Positions 1 to 13,100 of a stretch of 58,215 bases of DNA are shown here, in pieces. The stretch is from Thraustochytrium aureum (taxonomy: Eukaryota). Under the pieces are notes generated by a model. That model was not told the origin of the DNA and did no database searches. It worked only from the letters and a program-made list of their open reading frames with translations. Every line of letters starts with the position of its first letter. The first letter of the stretch is position 1. Made by a program: the position numbers and the translations under genes. The stretch is taken from positions 1 to 58,215 of the forward strand of contig BLSG01000404.1 of assembly GCA_012862495.1 (NCBI GenBank), in the 5' to 3' direction.

Positions 1-153
1 CACAGCCAGCGGGGCTACCGCCCTTGGCCTGTCCTTCGTGTTGGTGGGGTGCGCGATGACTGCGTGCAATTGCAGGGTTGGGGGATGCCATTCCAAAGGC
101 GATGCGACGGATGCTCGTGCTCGGGCGACGGGGAGGGGAAGAGAAGAAGCTTA

Positions 154-3100
154 TTAGGTTCTATCGGCAAGGTCTTTCTCCCAGGCGGCCAACTGGGCCC
201 TGTTGTTCGCCCTCCAGTTCGTCACCGCCTTCTTGAACTGCGTTTCGTTTGGGAGGTCGCTTGGTCGCTCAAGCTCACTTCCGCTCGGACAAAACTCCTG
301 TTCCAGAGACGTCCAGACCTTCGAAGCCGTCGCTCCTTGAGGGTCTGCGCGTAGCTCAGCGAGCATGAACATCTTATACTTCTCTGCCATGTTGAGCCGC
401 GTGCCCTTCTGATTTGTCACTGACAACCTCGGCCGTGGCGTCTTGTAGACGACAACTTCGCCTTTGTCCGCACTCTGCTGCTTGAGGACGTGACTCCGCT
501 CTTTGGCTACGCGTCGTTGGATAGCGCCGACGAATTGGCTTGGTATGGAAGCAAACCTGTGCTGCACAGCTTCGAACACGGCCTTCGGCTTACTTTCTGG
601 GTGAGCTCGAGTGTACTCCTTGATGAAGTCGATGTACTCCTCTGGCACCAACTCACGAACCGCTTGAGCCTTTGCAACATAGTTTACAGGCTCACCACCA
701 GCTGCTGTCTTCCAACCAATAAGCCGCTGAAGCTCGTTGCGCACGTCAAGCTCGGTAGGCCAGTCCAGGCGGAACTTGAACTTCTCGTCACTAGTGAGCT
801 GCTCCAGCACCCAGGATTGGTGCTGCTTATCTGTGCCTTCCTCGGCAAAAATCTCGGCAATTCGAACTCTGTACTCTGGCTTGATCTGGGACCCAAGCAT
901 GCGGCCATGCTCGCGCCGACGTGCCCAGCCAGGCTTGAATCGGTCAACGCTCCCAGCCCAGGACTCTGCATCGTCGTACTCAACCTGATGACCTCGTCCA
1001 TCTCTGATGACGACCAATTCCTCTTCGAGGAGCTTTGGCACCAAGCGAACGGCTGAAGCAACCATATCTTTTCGAGGCGCGTACGTGACCTGGCCCCGCT
1101 GAGCACTTCGTGGCGGAAAGTACTCCCCGTCCGATTCCACTTCTTCGCTTTCATCGCCATCCTCAGTGCTCTCGTCAGAAAAGACGTCGGAGTCGACAAC
1201 GCTACTGAGGCCAAGGAGGCCAGCGAGACAATCATCGACAACCTCGAGCTCAGCGTCACAACTGATTCCAAACTGTGCTTCCTGAACCCTCATCTGTCGC
1301 CGTGCAATGTGTCGTAGCTCCCGGAGTCTGCTACTCCGCTCAACGACTGCACCAAACACAAATTTAGCACCCTTCGGGCTTGTACTGGACCGTGCACTTG
1401 TTGATTCATTGTGATCGGCAGTATCTGGCGCCTCGACGTCATTCGCGTTTCCTGCCCAGTCTTCTTCCCAGGCGAGATCCTCGTCAATTTCGGACACCGT
1501 TGCAGTCGAGACCTCCTGTTGCCTCAAGTCCACCACTAGGTTAGCGCCATCTCCGATCCCCGAAAAAAGCCAAGACTTCAACGTTACGGTTCGAACCCAG
1601 GTGAACGGGTCAACACTCTCCCGTTCACTTTCGGCTGTCGCCTCACCCAACTCGTACACAATCTCGTTTTGGCGGGGCAGTGCCTCGCGCAAGGATGCAA
1701 ACAAGCCCCCGTATTTCTTCTCGAAGCTGTCGTGCACTGTGCGATCAACTTTAACAAGCTGCGCAAAGCTGTTCTGCATTCCGTTTCTTGAGATGAGAGC
1801 CTGATATACCTCCAGCGGCCCGGTCGCGTTGTTCCCTTCCCCCACGAATTCGTCCACGTGACGCATGGCCATTGCAAAGTGGGCGTCGATAAGACCTTTG
1901 CCGTCGGCGGTTTCTGTATGCACGAACCGCTCGACTTTGATTCCCGTCGTGAGCCCAATCAGCGGGAGCGCAAGGATCAAGAACTTGTTGTGGTAGTAAT
2001 TGGCGTTGTCGCTCTGAATGGAGACGGACGCGATGCTCGGCATCTGAATGTGCAGGAACTTCAAGAAGGCCTCGACGAGGGCTGCAACAGCGGCCCCGTC
2101 CTGGAGATTGGTCCCTCGCAGGATCTGGTCCGCGTACACATGCTCCCGCTCAGCCACCTCCTTCTCACTGTCCCATGAGTAGAATACCACGAGCATCCCA
2201 TGCCATGATATCCCGCGCTTTCCGAAATGCTCGATGCTTTTCTGCCTGAAGTACTTCGGCTGGTATTTCATCTTGTAGTCCATGATGACAACGGCCTCAA
2301 CAGGGTCTACAGAACGGGTCTGCTCGCAACGAGCTTTCATTTCGTGCAGCAACGATCGGATCTTCTGTTGCTGGTTTGCGACGCGAACGCACTGACCCTG
2401 CCACAACCAAGCTTTGCGTTCGCATAGGTCGATTGCTTCAAGTACATGGCCCGAGTCCACCCAAGGTCGAGAAATTCGAGCCTTTTCGACGCAGGTGCGG
2501 AGTTCGTCGAAAAAGTACGGGACAAACTTGCACGGGTTGCAGTTCATGGCTACACGCTGACCAGACGTGTCCCCGACTGGGGGCTCCCCAAGGCCGTACT
2601 CAAGCCCGTGACAACACACGTCAGCGCGATCGTCAATGACGTGGTTTGGGAACTGGTTCTTCAGGAAGTTTGACGCAAGCTCGGCGAGCAAGCGAAGCCT
2701 ATCCCGATCCTTGGCAGCGACGAAATTGTCAATCATCCGCTCAACCGTCACGAAATTGTCACAAAGGAATGAACCAAACAAGTAGTTGACAGCAGTAAGC
2801 GCGCGTTTCTGCCCCTTGGTGATATGCTTGATGATTCGCAACGAACTAGCCTTGCTGATAGGCTTTGTTCGTACCGTGGTCCCATCGACATCTTCCATTC
2901 CATCGTTCGAGTCGTTGTCGCAGCCATCCTGAAGCTTCCACTGCTCATACGCTTCAAATATTCGAGTGGCATTCCGCTTGCGCGTCAGGCCTGGTAGCCT
3001 GACTTTCTCGATGCCATCCAGTGCAACGTCCCTTGCGCCCCAGGAGAGGATGTAAATGTTCGCCTCACTAAGAAAAAACATGACCGCCTGCTTGAGTGTA

Positions 3101-3858
3101 TCCATGTCATATCGCGCCAATGTGCGAGGCCTGGCGGGGAGAGTCTCCCCGCAAATGAGGGCAAACGCATCTTCTTTGGCTTTGGCAAACATTTCCCGTG
3201 AAAACCTCAGCGGGGGGCCCAGGCCATCGGCGATCTCGAGTAGCCTCTTGCGCTTGAAGGCCACTGTGAACAGTGCTCGCAGCAACCGGCGTTCAGTCGA
3301 GTTTTTCGGGAGCGAGTTGTGAATGCTAAGTGCTGCAGCTAAAAGCTTTTCTAGCTCCTTCGATTCGACAACGTCCGTTGTGAACGCCCTACTCGCTTCA
3401 GCGATCAGCGAGTCAGCGTCGTTCGGGGCCATAATCAGCCCAACAGAAGCAATAATGTGCTTGAGCGCGTTCACCATTCGCGCCCAGTGGTCCTTGCTCA
3501 AACTCGCCCTCAAGCTCGACGAGTTTCGTAGCGTTTGGCTTGGCATGTTTCGAAGCGTCCCGTGTGGAACTCCGAAAGCCGCAAAGAGTTGGCGCAGGGT
3601 CTTCACAACAACGACCTCATCCACCTCTTCAAGCAAACCCTCGTGTTCTGCGGGCTCTTCAAACGCCCCTTGTTCTGGGGCACACGATCGACGAGGCGTT
3701 ACTCGCGCAATTCTCTTATCCGTCGGTTTGGCCCAGCCTTTCGGCCTTCCGCGCTTGCCCGTGATTTCGGCATCCGGCTTGCAGTTTGAGCAGTGCTTCT
3801 CGCACTCACCTGGACACTTTGAGCACTGCGCGCGTTTGCACTTGCACGTCTTTGCCAT
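154..3858 (-). mobile_element. Intact ~1234-aa DDD transposase-like ORF, probably Sola3-type DNA transposon
   Basis: Uninterrupted ORF, first ATG at 3858. N-terminal Cys cluster (CKCKRAQCSKC..C..HC..C) and AT-hook (KRGRPKG). Core motifs IMDYKMK..FGKRGISWHG, IQSDNANYYH and ETADGKGLIDAHF supply three spaced Asp (codons 2278-2280, 2008-2010, 1885-1887). Family assignment is from recalled motifs. No TIRs visible (gap upstream, window edge downstream). Confidence 0.6.
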
Positions 3859-4266
3859 GCCTCTCGATTGCGCGCACGGCTCTCGTTCCACGCGTTTGTC
3901 AAGCGCAGACAGGACCTGCCACCCCGACCCCTCCAGCTCACCCGAACCACAGCCAACCAGGCCATGGTAGTGCGGCTATCGCANNNNNNNNNNNNNNNNN
4001 NNNNNNNNNNNNNNNNNNNNNNNNNNNNNNNNNNNNNNNNNNNNNNNNNNNNNNNNNNNNNNNNNNNNNNNNNNNNNNNNNNNNNNNNNNNNNNNNNNNN
4101 NNNNNNNNNNNNNNNNNNNNNNNNNNNNNNNNNNNNNNNNNNNNNNNNNNNNNNNNNNNNNNNNNNNNNNNNNNNNNNNNNNNNNNNNNNNNNNNNNNNN
4201 NNNNNNNNNNNNNNNNNNNNNNNNNNNNNNNNNNNNNNNNNNNNNNNNNNNNNNNNNNNNNNNNNN

Positions 4267-5209
4267 GCCCGCTCGCCTCGTTGCGGTGCAGTGCGAGGAG
4301 GTCTGCGACCAGCTTGCCCACGTCGAGGTATTCCGAGAACGCGGCCAGCAGCTTGGCCAGGCGGTCTTCGTCAGCGGCCGACCAGGTGTCCGCATTTTTC
4401 GCGCACGGCGCCTGCGCAGCTGCGCCGGGCGCAGGCGACGCGGCGACAAGTTGCGCCAGCTCTGGGAGGCAGCCATACATCGAGTACTCGGTGGCATACT
4501 GCTCAAAGTACGACCGAATCGACTCGAGGCACGTTGACAGCGCGTAAAACCCATCGAGCGAAAACCGGTTGAAGATGCCGCCGAGGACTGCCACGCCATG
4601 GTGCTCGAAGAAGACGCGGTTCAGATTGAAGCTGTCGATCGCGTTTCCAACCCCCTTGGGGCAGATCAGCACAACGGGAGCGCGCGCGGCCGCCGCCAGC
4701 TTTGCGTTTGAAAGTCCAACGATAGATCCCACCGCGGGAAACCCAACACCGTCAACGACCACGATGCGACGGCCGCGCCGTGCGGCAAGCTCGTCCACTG
4801 CGCGCTCGACATCGCGAACCATCTCTTCGCTACTCTTCGTCTCGCCTGCCAGGAACGCGCGGGTGAAGCCGCTCACGTAGACCACGGGTCCAATCGGCAC
4901 GCAGTCGATGCCCCGCTGCTCGCAGTACTTGGTCACGAGCTGCCGGGACTCGCACTGCGTGGCTGGTTTGATGTAGGCGACTTCGCTGGGGGCGTATCCG
5001 AGCTTTTCCACGAGGCTCGCTAGGATGCCCAGGCAGCACGAAGACTTGCCCACTTGCGACCTGTCTCCCGAGACGAACAACCGTGCTGCGAGCGCAGGGT
5101 CCTGGCCCGCGCCGTCGCCTTGGGCGTCGGGGCCATGGTCGGCACGAGTCCCATCGCCGCCGAGGGCAACCCTGGCGCACCACGCCGAGGCCGAATACAC
5201 GCGCTCCAT
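4267..5209 (-). CDS. BioD/dethiobiotin-synthase-like P-loop NTPase (AAA_26 / Pta N-terminal-like); 3' end hidden in gap 3984-4266
   Basis: ATG at 5209. LFVSGDRSQVGKS P-loop, AYIKP, VVVDGVG, GVGNAID and GGIFNRF are in the order expected for the BioD/CobB/Pta-N fold. Confidence 0.75.
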
Positions 5210-5235
5210 GCCGCAAGGCAAGCTAGTCAGGCTTT

Positions 5236-5292
5236 GCCAGCCAGCCTGCCCGCCAGCCAGCCTGCCAGCCTGCCAGCCAGCCTGCCTGCCTG
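5236..5292. repeat. Imperfect (GCCA/GCCT)n tetranucleotide microsatellite
   Basis: Direct reading: gccagccagcctgcccgccagccagcctgccagcctgccagccagcctgcctgcctg. Confidence 0.8.
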
Positions 5293-6234
5293 CGAGCTGG
5301 CCGGGTGCCTGGGCTCCCGCTTTGTCCTCCCCGCCGCGCAGCGAACAAGGCACGAGCACGCTCGAGTCAAAGTCATCCGAGTCCAGACCACCAAGTTCTG
5401 GCAGGAACGCCTGCCGCTCCCGTCATGGACCGCGCGGGGCGGCGCGGAACGCCGCTGCCGAGGGCGCTGTCGAGCGCGTCAAGAGCAGCCGCTCTGGGTT
5501 TCCAGGTCGCGCGGGCGAGGCGCCGGACGACCGGGGCCTCGTCCTGGACTGCGCAGAGCGGAAAGCGACCAACCAGAGCGCGAGTTGGTGCCTTGGGGTC
5601 AAACGACGACGCCAGTGCGACGGAGCCGAGCAGTCCGCGCAGGAATGCGATGCATTGGTTTTCGTGGGTGTGAGCGCGTAGTCCAGGCTGGTTTTTCGGA
5701 GTGCGGCTGGTTTTTCGGATTGCTTTGGTCTGGCGAGGTCGTCTTGGTTTTTGTTTGCGTTCCATGGGTTGAGTCGCACCTTTTTGGACATGTGTCAATA
5801 TCTGACTTTTGGCAAGGGTTGACGCGCCTCCAGCGTGCACGCGGGCGGCGCGGGCTCAAAACAAGACGCCGACGCTTGTCTCACTTGAAACATGTCTTGG
5901 CTGGCATGTTTGCTTTTCCAACGGAAGTCTGTGCCACGACCAGCAGTCTCGATTTGAGATCGGCAAAATCGCGCGCAACGCAGACAGCGCCCAAGGCAAG
6001 CAAGCAAGCAAGTACAGAAGCAGCTCGCCGTCAGGTCGACGTCAAAGCTACACCGTGTTCAGGCTCGAGCGCGGCCCGTGACAAAGCAAAACCCCAAGGA
6101 CGCGAAAGGATCGCACGATGGTCGCTGGACCTCAGAACTCTGACGCGGCGCCCCGTCCGTCCCAGCCCTCGGCAAGCCGCGCCGGCGTCTCCTCCGCTAG
6201 CACCGCGAACAGCCCCACCGGCAAGACTCTGATC

Positions 6235-7125
6235 ATGGCTCAAGGCCAGGTCGAGGTGGCGTGCGCGGCCGTCGCCGACGCCCGCGAGCTAGCCAAGCTC
6301 GAAGCGCACATCAACCCGGCCTACCGAGTCGGTGAGCGGGCCATCGCGGAGCGCATCCGCCTCGCCGGCGCGACAACGCTGGTGCTCCGCGCGAGTGGGG
6401 CAGTCGCCGGCGTTCTGTTTGCAGTCCGGTCTGACGTCAATGTCAGCTCCGTCCCTGGCGAGACGCCGTCCTACGCGAACTTTTACTCCGCCTTCTCGCC
6501 CGTTGGCAAGTTCGCCTATTGGCTTCACCTCATTGTTGCCCCGGAAAGCCGCCACCTGGTCAACGCGTTTCACGGCGCTGCAATTGACCATTTCCTGACC
6601 CAGCTCGGCTGCTCGAGCGTGCGCGCCATGACGCACCTCTCGGCACCGCCGACGGAGCTGGAGCGCGCTGCAGACGCCAAAGCAAAGGTCCATGCCGCGT
6701 CGGAGCACTGCGCGGCGGGGTCGAGATGGGACAAGAACCTGTTCCTGCATTCAAGCCGCGGTGCCAAGTTCTTGTGCGTGGTCCCAAGCTACAATCCGGA
6801 AGACCGGGCAAATGGAGGCTGCGCCATTGTCATGGAGTACACGCTCGCGTCCCGGGCAGAAATTGCGAACGGGGCCGCAACCGGCGCGACCACGTCTAGC
6901 GCTCGACTCGCGCCTGCGCGAATCCACGACCTGGTCCGCAATGCCGCTGGTGTTGACGAGGCAGTTGCGCTGGATCGCCACCGACCGTGGTTTGAGATGG
7001 GCTTGGACTCTGTCACCCTGATGGCCCTCCATCGCGCGCTTGAGGGGGAGATCGGGTCGGCTCTGGATGTCTCCTTCCTTTTTGGGGTCAACACCCTGGC
7101 CAAGCTCGACGCGGCCCTTGGGCCG
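6235..7125 (+). other. PKS loading module: GNAT-like decarboxylase plus ACP
   Basis: RAMTH...DKNLFLHSSRGAKFLCVVPSYNPEDRANGGCAIVMEY matches the CurA-type GNAT signature (Thr codon 6631, His codon 6748). ACP WFEMGLDSVTL, Ser at 7009. Confidence 0.85.
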
Positions 7126-10100
7126 CGCTATGGTGCGAACCCCACCGAGACGGAAACTGCGTCTGGCCTGGCGCAGCGCCAAGCAGGCCAACCCGAGCCT
7201 GTGGCGCCCCTGGCTATCTACGGTATCGGTCTACGCCTCCCCGGCACCGGCGAGAACGACATCGAGTCTTGCGAAGACCTTTGGGACGCTGTTGTAGCAC
7301 CCGTGGGGCAGTCGGAGCCAAAGGCCTTTCCCGCCAGCTCGCCAACCGGGAGCGAATCGACATGGAGACCTTCCGAGACCTCATCAGCCCAGAGCAGGCA
7401 AAGAGCATCCCGCTGGCGCAGCGCGTCGTGATGGAGACGACGTGTGCGGCTCTTGCTGACTGCCCGGAGGGCTTGATCGAGGAGACCGGGGGGCGCGTGG
7501 GTATCTTTGTGGGCTGTTGGGAACCTGCCGTCGGGCTGGACCCCGCCCGCAGTGGCGCGTCGGCCTCGGTGCATGCTGCCGCGGCCTGCTCCAACGCAAT
7601 TCTCGCCAACAGGCTTTCGTACCTGTTCGACTTTATCGGCCCGAGCCTGGTCATCGACACGGCCTGCTCGAGCTCCCTTGTTGCATTGGACGCTGCGCGC
7701 GCTGCTCTGCGCGAGGGCAAGTGCGCTGCGGCGATCGTAATCGGGGTCAATATCACCGACCCGCTTCGTTCGGACTTGCTCCGGACGGCGCACTTTTTGT
7801 CGCCGACCGGGGCGTGTCACACTTTCGATTCACGAGCGGACGGCTACGTGCGAGGCGAAGGCGGCGCCGCCATCGTTCTGGCGCCTCTGCGGGACGACAT
7901 TTCCCACCGCGCGCTATTGCTTGCTACCGCCGTGAACCAGGACGGTCGCACTGTCAACTTGCATGCCCCAAGCCCCGAGTCGCAAATGGAGCTTCTCGAC
8001 GCAGCATGCTCGGCAGCGCGCGTGGACCCTGTTGATGTTGCCTTTGTCGAGGCGCACGGGACGGGAACCCAACTGGGCGATCCCATCGAGGTCCGCGCTC
8101 TGCACCAAGTGCTCGGTGCGGCTCGCAAAGACGCTGATGAGCCTCTGTGGCTCTGCGCTTCGAAGGCCAGGTTTGGCCACACCGAGGGCGCAGCGGGCAT
8201 GGTTGGCATCGTCCATGCAGTGCTTGCTCTTCAAATGCGATTTCTCCCGCCGAATCCGTTCCTGCGAGAGCGAAACGGAGCCATCCCCTTCGAGGACTAC
8301 CGCGTCGCGCCAGTTGGCAGCAAGGGGGTTCCACTTGCTCCTCAAGGCAGGGTCGTCGCTGGCGTCTCATCGTTTGGGTTTGGAGGCACCAATGCCCACG
8401 TCCTGCTTGCTTCGCCTTCCGGCCAGGCAAGGGGGTTNNNNNNNNNNNNNNNNNNNNNNNNNNNNNNNNNNNNNNNNNNNNNNNNNNNNNNNNNNNNNNN
8501 NNNNNNNNNNNNNNNNNNNNNNNNNNNNNNNNNNNNNNNNNNNNNNNNNNNNNNNNNNNNNNNNNNNNNNNNNNNNNNNNNNNNNNNNNNNNNNNNNNNN
8601 NNNNNNNNNNNNNNNNNNNNNNNNNNNNNNNNNNNNNNNNNNNNNNNNNNNNNNNNNNNNNNNNNNNNNNNNNNNNNNNNNNNNNNNNNNNNNNNNNNNN
8701 NNNNNNNNNNNNNNNNNNNNNNNNNNNNNNNNNNNNNNNNNNNNNNNNNNNNNNNNNNNNNNNNNNNNNNNNNNNNNNNNNNNNNNNNNNNNNNNNNNNN
8801 NNNNNNNNNNNNNNNNNNNNNNNNNNNNNNNNNNNNNNNNNNNNNNNNNNNNNNNNNNNNNNNNNNNNNNNNNNNNNNNNNNNNNNNNNNNNNNNNNNNN
8901 NNNNNNNNNNNNNNNNNNNNNNNNNNNNNNNNNNNNNNNNNNNNNNNNNNNNNNNNNNNNNNNNNNNNNNNNNNNNNNNNNNNNNNNNNNNNNNNNNNNN
9001 NNNNNNNNNNNNNNNNNNNNNNNNTTGAGAGCTCAGCAAAGCCCAAGTTCGCGTGCTCCGCCCAGCGCCAGCGGCTGTCGCAAGGACCGGAGACGGTGGC
9101 CCGCTGGCTTTCCCGGTTCGGCCTGGCGCAGCTTATGTTGTTAGCGGTGGACTCGGAGGCATCGGGCAGAAGCTCGCAGTCGAGCTCACCGAACGTGGCG
9201 CAGGGCTCGTCGTACTCCTTGGCCGCTCGGAGCCTCCGCGCGAGCTGCCCACCTCGATTTGCCGTTTCGTGCAGTGCGACGTCAGTGACGCAAGCCAGCT
9301 ACGAGTCGCTCTCCAGGGCGTCCCGCAGAGCCCTGCCGGTGTCTTTCACTGCGCTGCATCGCTTGCAGACGCCACAGTGGCCAACTTGACTCCCGAAGCG
9401 TTCGCGCTGTCGTTTGGCGCCAAGGTCGCGGGAGCTGAAAACCTCATCGAGGCCTGCGCCGCGCAGGCTGACTTTGTCGTCCTCTTCTCGTCGGTCGTGG
9501 CAGGCTTTGGAGTTCCTGGTCAGGCAAACTACGCTGCTGCCAACGGCGCGCTGGATGACTTGGCTTGCGGGGTGGCGCAGCCTCCCCGTTCACAAACGTT
9601 TGGAGCCTTCGCTGGGGGCCCTGGGCCGGTGCTGGCATGGTTGGTGCAGGTGCGCAGCGCTGGTCTCGACTTGGCCTTCCCGCCCTCCGGCCAATACACG
9701 CAATGCAGGCACTTTTCAGCATTGTCAGGGACGATGAGGGCGATCGGGTGCTCACGATTGCCAACATCGAACCCAAGTCTGTGCGTGTCTCGCTGCCGCA
9801 TGTCGGAAACTACACAGCGCAGCTTGTAGCGAATTCAACGTCCGCAGCTGGAGAATGCGCGGCTCTCGTGCCTGGTGGAGAGCAGCTGGTGCGGAGCGTC
9901 GCTGTAGCTGTTGGGCTCTGCCGCACGGACGAGTCTCTCGAGATGGACGTAACGTGGCGTGAAGCTGGTCTCGATTCCCTTGGCATGATCGAGTTCCGCA
10001 ACCTAGTCCAAGATCGCTTGGCTGGCGTTGCCAAATTGCACGACACCATCCTCTTCGATTACACCTCGCCGCAAAAGCTTGCAGACTGGGTCGATAGCGT

Positions 10101-13100
10101 CGCGGTCGGGCCTGGCGATGGCACCGAAAAGAGGCGCGCGAGCAAGGCGCCTCGCAGTGTCTTGAACAATGGGACCCCGATTACTGGGGCTGCCTGTCGG
10201 CTTCCGGGCGGCGTCCGCTCGCCGTCAGACTACTGGCGGCTGTTGTGCTCTGGGGAGGATGCCATTGGCTCGATTCCCCTTGGCCGATTTGACGCAGAGG
10301 CGCTCATGTCCAGCAAGCCGTCTCCGGGAAAGCTGTACACTTCCCAGGCAGGCTTTATCGACGAGGTCGAGCACTTTGACTGCGCTTCGTTTGGAATCTC
10401 CCCTCAGGAAGCCACGTCAATGGACCCTCAGCAGCGCCTCGCACTGCAAGTGGCACGGGAAGCCCTGGCTTCAGCTGGCCTCGTTGGACGCGAAGCACGG
10501 ACGTCCAATGTTGGAGTCTATGTTGGCGTTATGACAAACGACTGGGCAAACGAGACCCGCGAGGCGTCCGGCGATCCGCTCTCTGCGTACTCTGCTGCGG
10601 GCCACATCCCGTGCGTGCTGGCAAACAGGATTTCGTACTGCCTGGGCCTAGATGGACCATCGATGAGCATCGACACGGCGTGCAGCTCGTCTCTCGTGGC
10701 CCTCGACGCCGCCTGCTCGGCACTTGACCGCGGCGATTGCGAAGCCGCAGTCGTGGTCGGAGTCAACCTGATATTGGGGCCACGGCTGTTTCTCGAGGAG
10801 TGCGCTGCCCGCATGCTCTCCCAACGCGGCCGCTGCGCAACCCTTTCAGAGGATGCAGACGGATACACTCGAGGCGAAGGCTGCGTCGCCTTCGTGGTTG
10901 AGCGAGCTCCGCCTCCGGGATGCACGCTTGCGAGGGTTCTGAGTTCCGCTGTAAACCAGGACGGCCGCAGCGCCAATTTGACGTCTCCAAGCGGCCTCGC
11001 ACAACAGGCTGTGGTGCGCACTGCGCTGGCGCGCGCGTCGATCTCGCCCGCTCGGGTCGATTTTCTCGAGACTCATGGCACGGGCACCCCTCTAGGTGAC
11101 CCGATTGAAGTCGGCGCGCTCGCGGCAGTGTTCGGCCAAGACGAGCAGCGCAGCGCTCCGCTCTACCTCGGGGCGTCAAAGTCTGTCATCGGCCACACAG
11201 AGGCGGCTGCGGGCCTGGCTTCCCTCCTGAAGGCGTTGCTTTGCCTCCACCATGGGCGTGTTCCCGCAAACCTGCATTGTGCCGCCGACAGAATCAACCC
11301 AAAGGTCCAGGCGCTCCTAGGGACGTCGCTCAGCCTCCCGACCGAGCCGGTGCAGCTCGTCTCGCGTGCCCCCGTTGCAGGCGTCTCCGCGTTTGGCTTT
11401 GGCGGCACAAATGCCCATGTCTTGATTGCGCTGGAGCCGAACTGCAGCCGCGCGCTTCTGGAGGAAAGCGAGCCGGAGCAGCGATCAGGGCGGGCTTCCC
11501 GGCTTCCGTGGGGCGCGGCATCTGGTTCCGTGTTTGAGGTGGACTGGGTGCCCTGCCCACGCCCTGGGAGTGAGAGGCCTTTCGATGGCCGCGTCTTGGA
11601 GGTCAACTCTGTCGCAAAGGTCCTGCAGCACCTGCACGCGGCTTCGCATGGGTCGGAGATCGCCTTTGTGACTCGCTCTGCGACTTGCGCCGACGAGCGT
11701 GCAATTTGGGGCCTCGTCCGCAGCGCGCGCCTAGAGAGGCCAGACCCTAAGCCTGCGCCTGTGGACGTCTCCGCCCTTGGTCGGGTTTCAAGCCTCGCGG
11801 CTCAGCCTACCGGAGGACGAGCCTGACGTCTCGCTCCGACCCAGCGGACCGCCCATGGTGCCTCGCCTGGTGCCGTCGCAGGCGCGGCTTGAACCTTTCG
11901 GGCTGCGCCTCCTAGACGCCGAGTCCGCGCGCATACTTATTACGGGCGGTTCTGGCGGCATCGCGACCAGCGTTGCGAGGNNNNNNNNNNNNNNNNNNNN
12001 NNNNNNNNNNNNNNNNNNNNNNNNNNNNNNNNNNNNNNNNNNNNNNNNNNNNNNNNNNNNNNNNNNNNNNNNNNNNNNNNNNNNNNNNNNNNNNNNNNNN
12101 NNNNNNNNNNNNNNNNNNNNNNNNNNNNNNNNNNNNNNNNNNNNNNNNNNNNNNNNNNNNNNNNNNNNNNNNNNNNNNNNNNNTGCGGCGCCACATGGCG
12201 GTCAAGGTGGGCGGCGCCAAAAACCTGTGGGAAATCGTCGCGCCGCGTTCCATCATCACATTTTCGTCTACATCAGCCATTTTGGGCATGAAGCGTGGAG
12301 CGGCCTATGCGGCGGCAAACGCAGCGTTGGACGCCATCGTGGAAGAATGGGCAGCTGAGCTCACTGCGGCCGGGGACGTGGGTCGCCACGCCATAAACAT
12401 CAGATGGGACATTTGGGCGGAGGCTGGGATGGCGCACGACCGCGCAATGGGCTCGAGCACACGCGGGCTTTCGACGCTCAGGGCTTGTCAGCTCCTGGTT
12501 GGGGTGATGTTAAACCCCACGCAAGTCCCCCGCTCAGTCGTTCTCGCTGATGCGGACTGGGGCCACGTACACCGTGCGACCGGTGCGCGCCTACTAGAGC
12601 GCTTTTCAAAGGGCCAGACGAGCGCGCCCTCGCGGGAGTCTGGCATGGGCTCGACCGGGTCTGGGCCGCTTGTTGGCCCGCTGAGCGCTGGTCGGGCGGA
12701 CGTGTTGGACTGGGTGCTCCGCGAAGCCGCTCGATTTCTCAGTGTCGCTGCCCCGCCGGACGAGCCAAGCAAGGGCGATGCGTTTGAGCTGCTCCCGGAG
12801 ACGCCGTGGAACCAGGCCGGCTTTGACTCACTGAGCATGACTGACTTTATTGCGCACGCCAACGGCGCTCTGAGGCTTGGAGAGGACCACGAACTCAGCG
12901 ACACGGCTATGTTTGACTTTCCAAGTCCGACGGCGCTGGCTGAGTTTCTAGCTTCCGAGTTGAAGGGGCTCGGCTACGAGCAGCGCGAGGCCACGGTGGG
13001 GCGGATGGCCGCAGAGGAGGCGCTCCCCGAGTCGCAGGCTCGGTTTGAGCTCGACATTGTCGGTATGGCGCTCCGGTTCCCCGGGTCTGTGCGCAATGTG

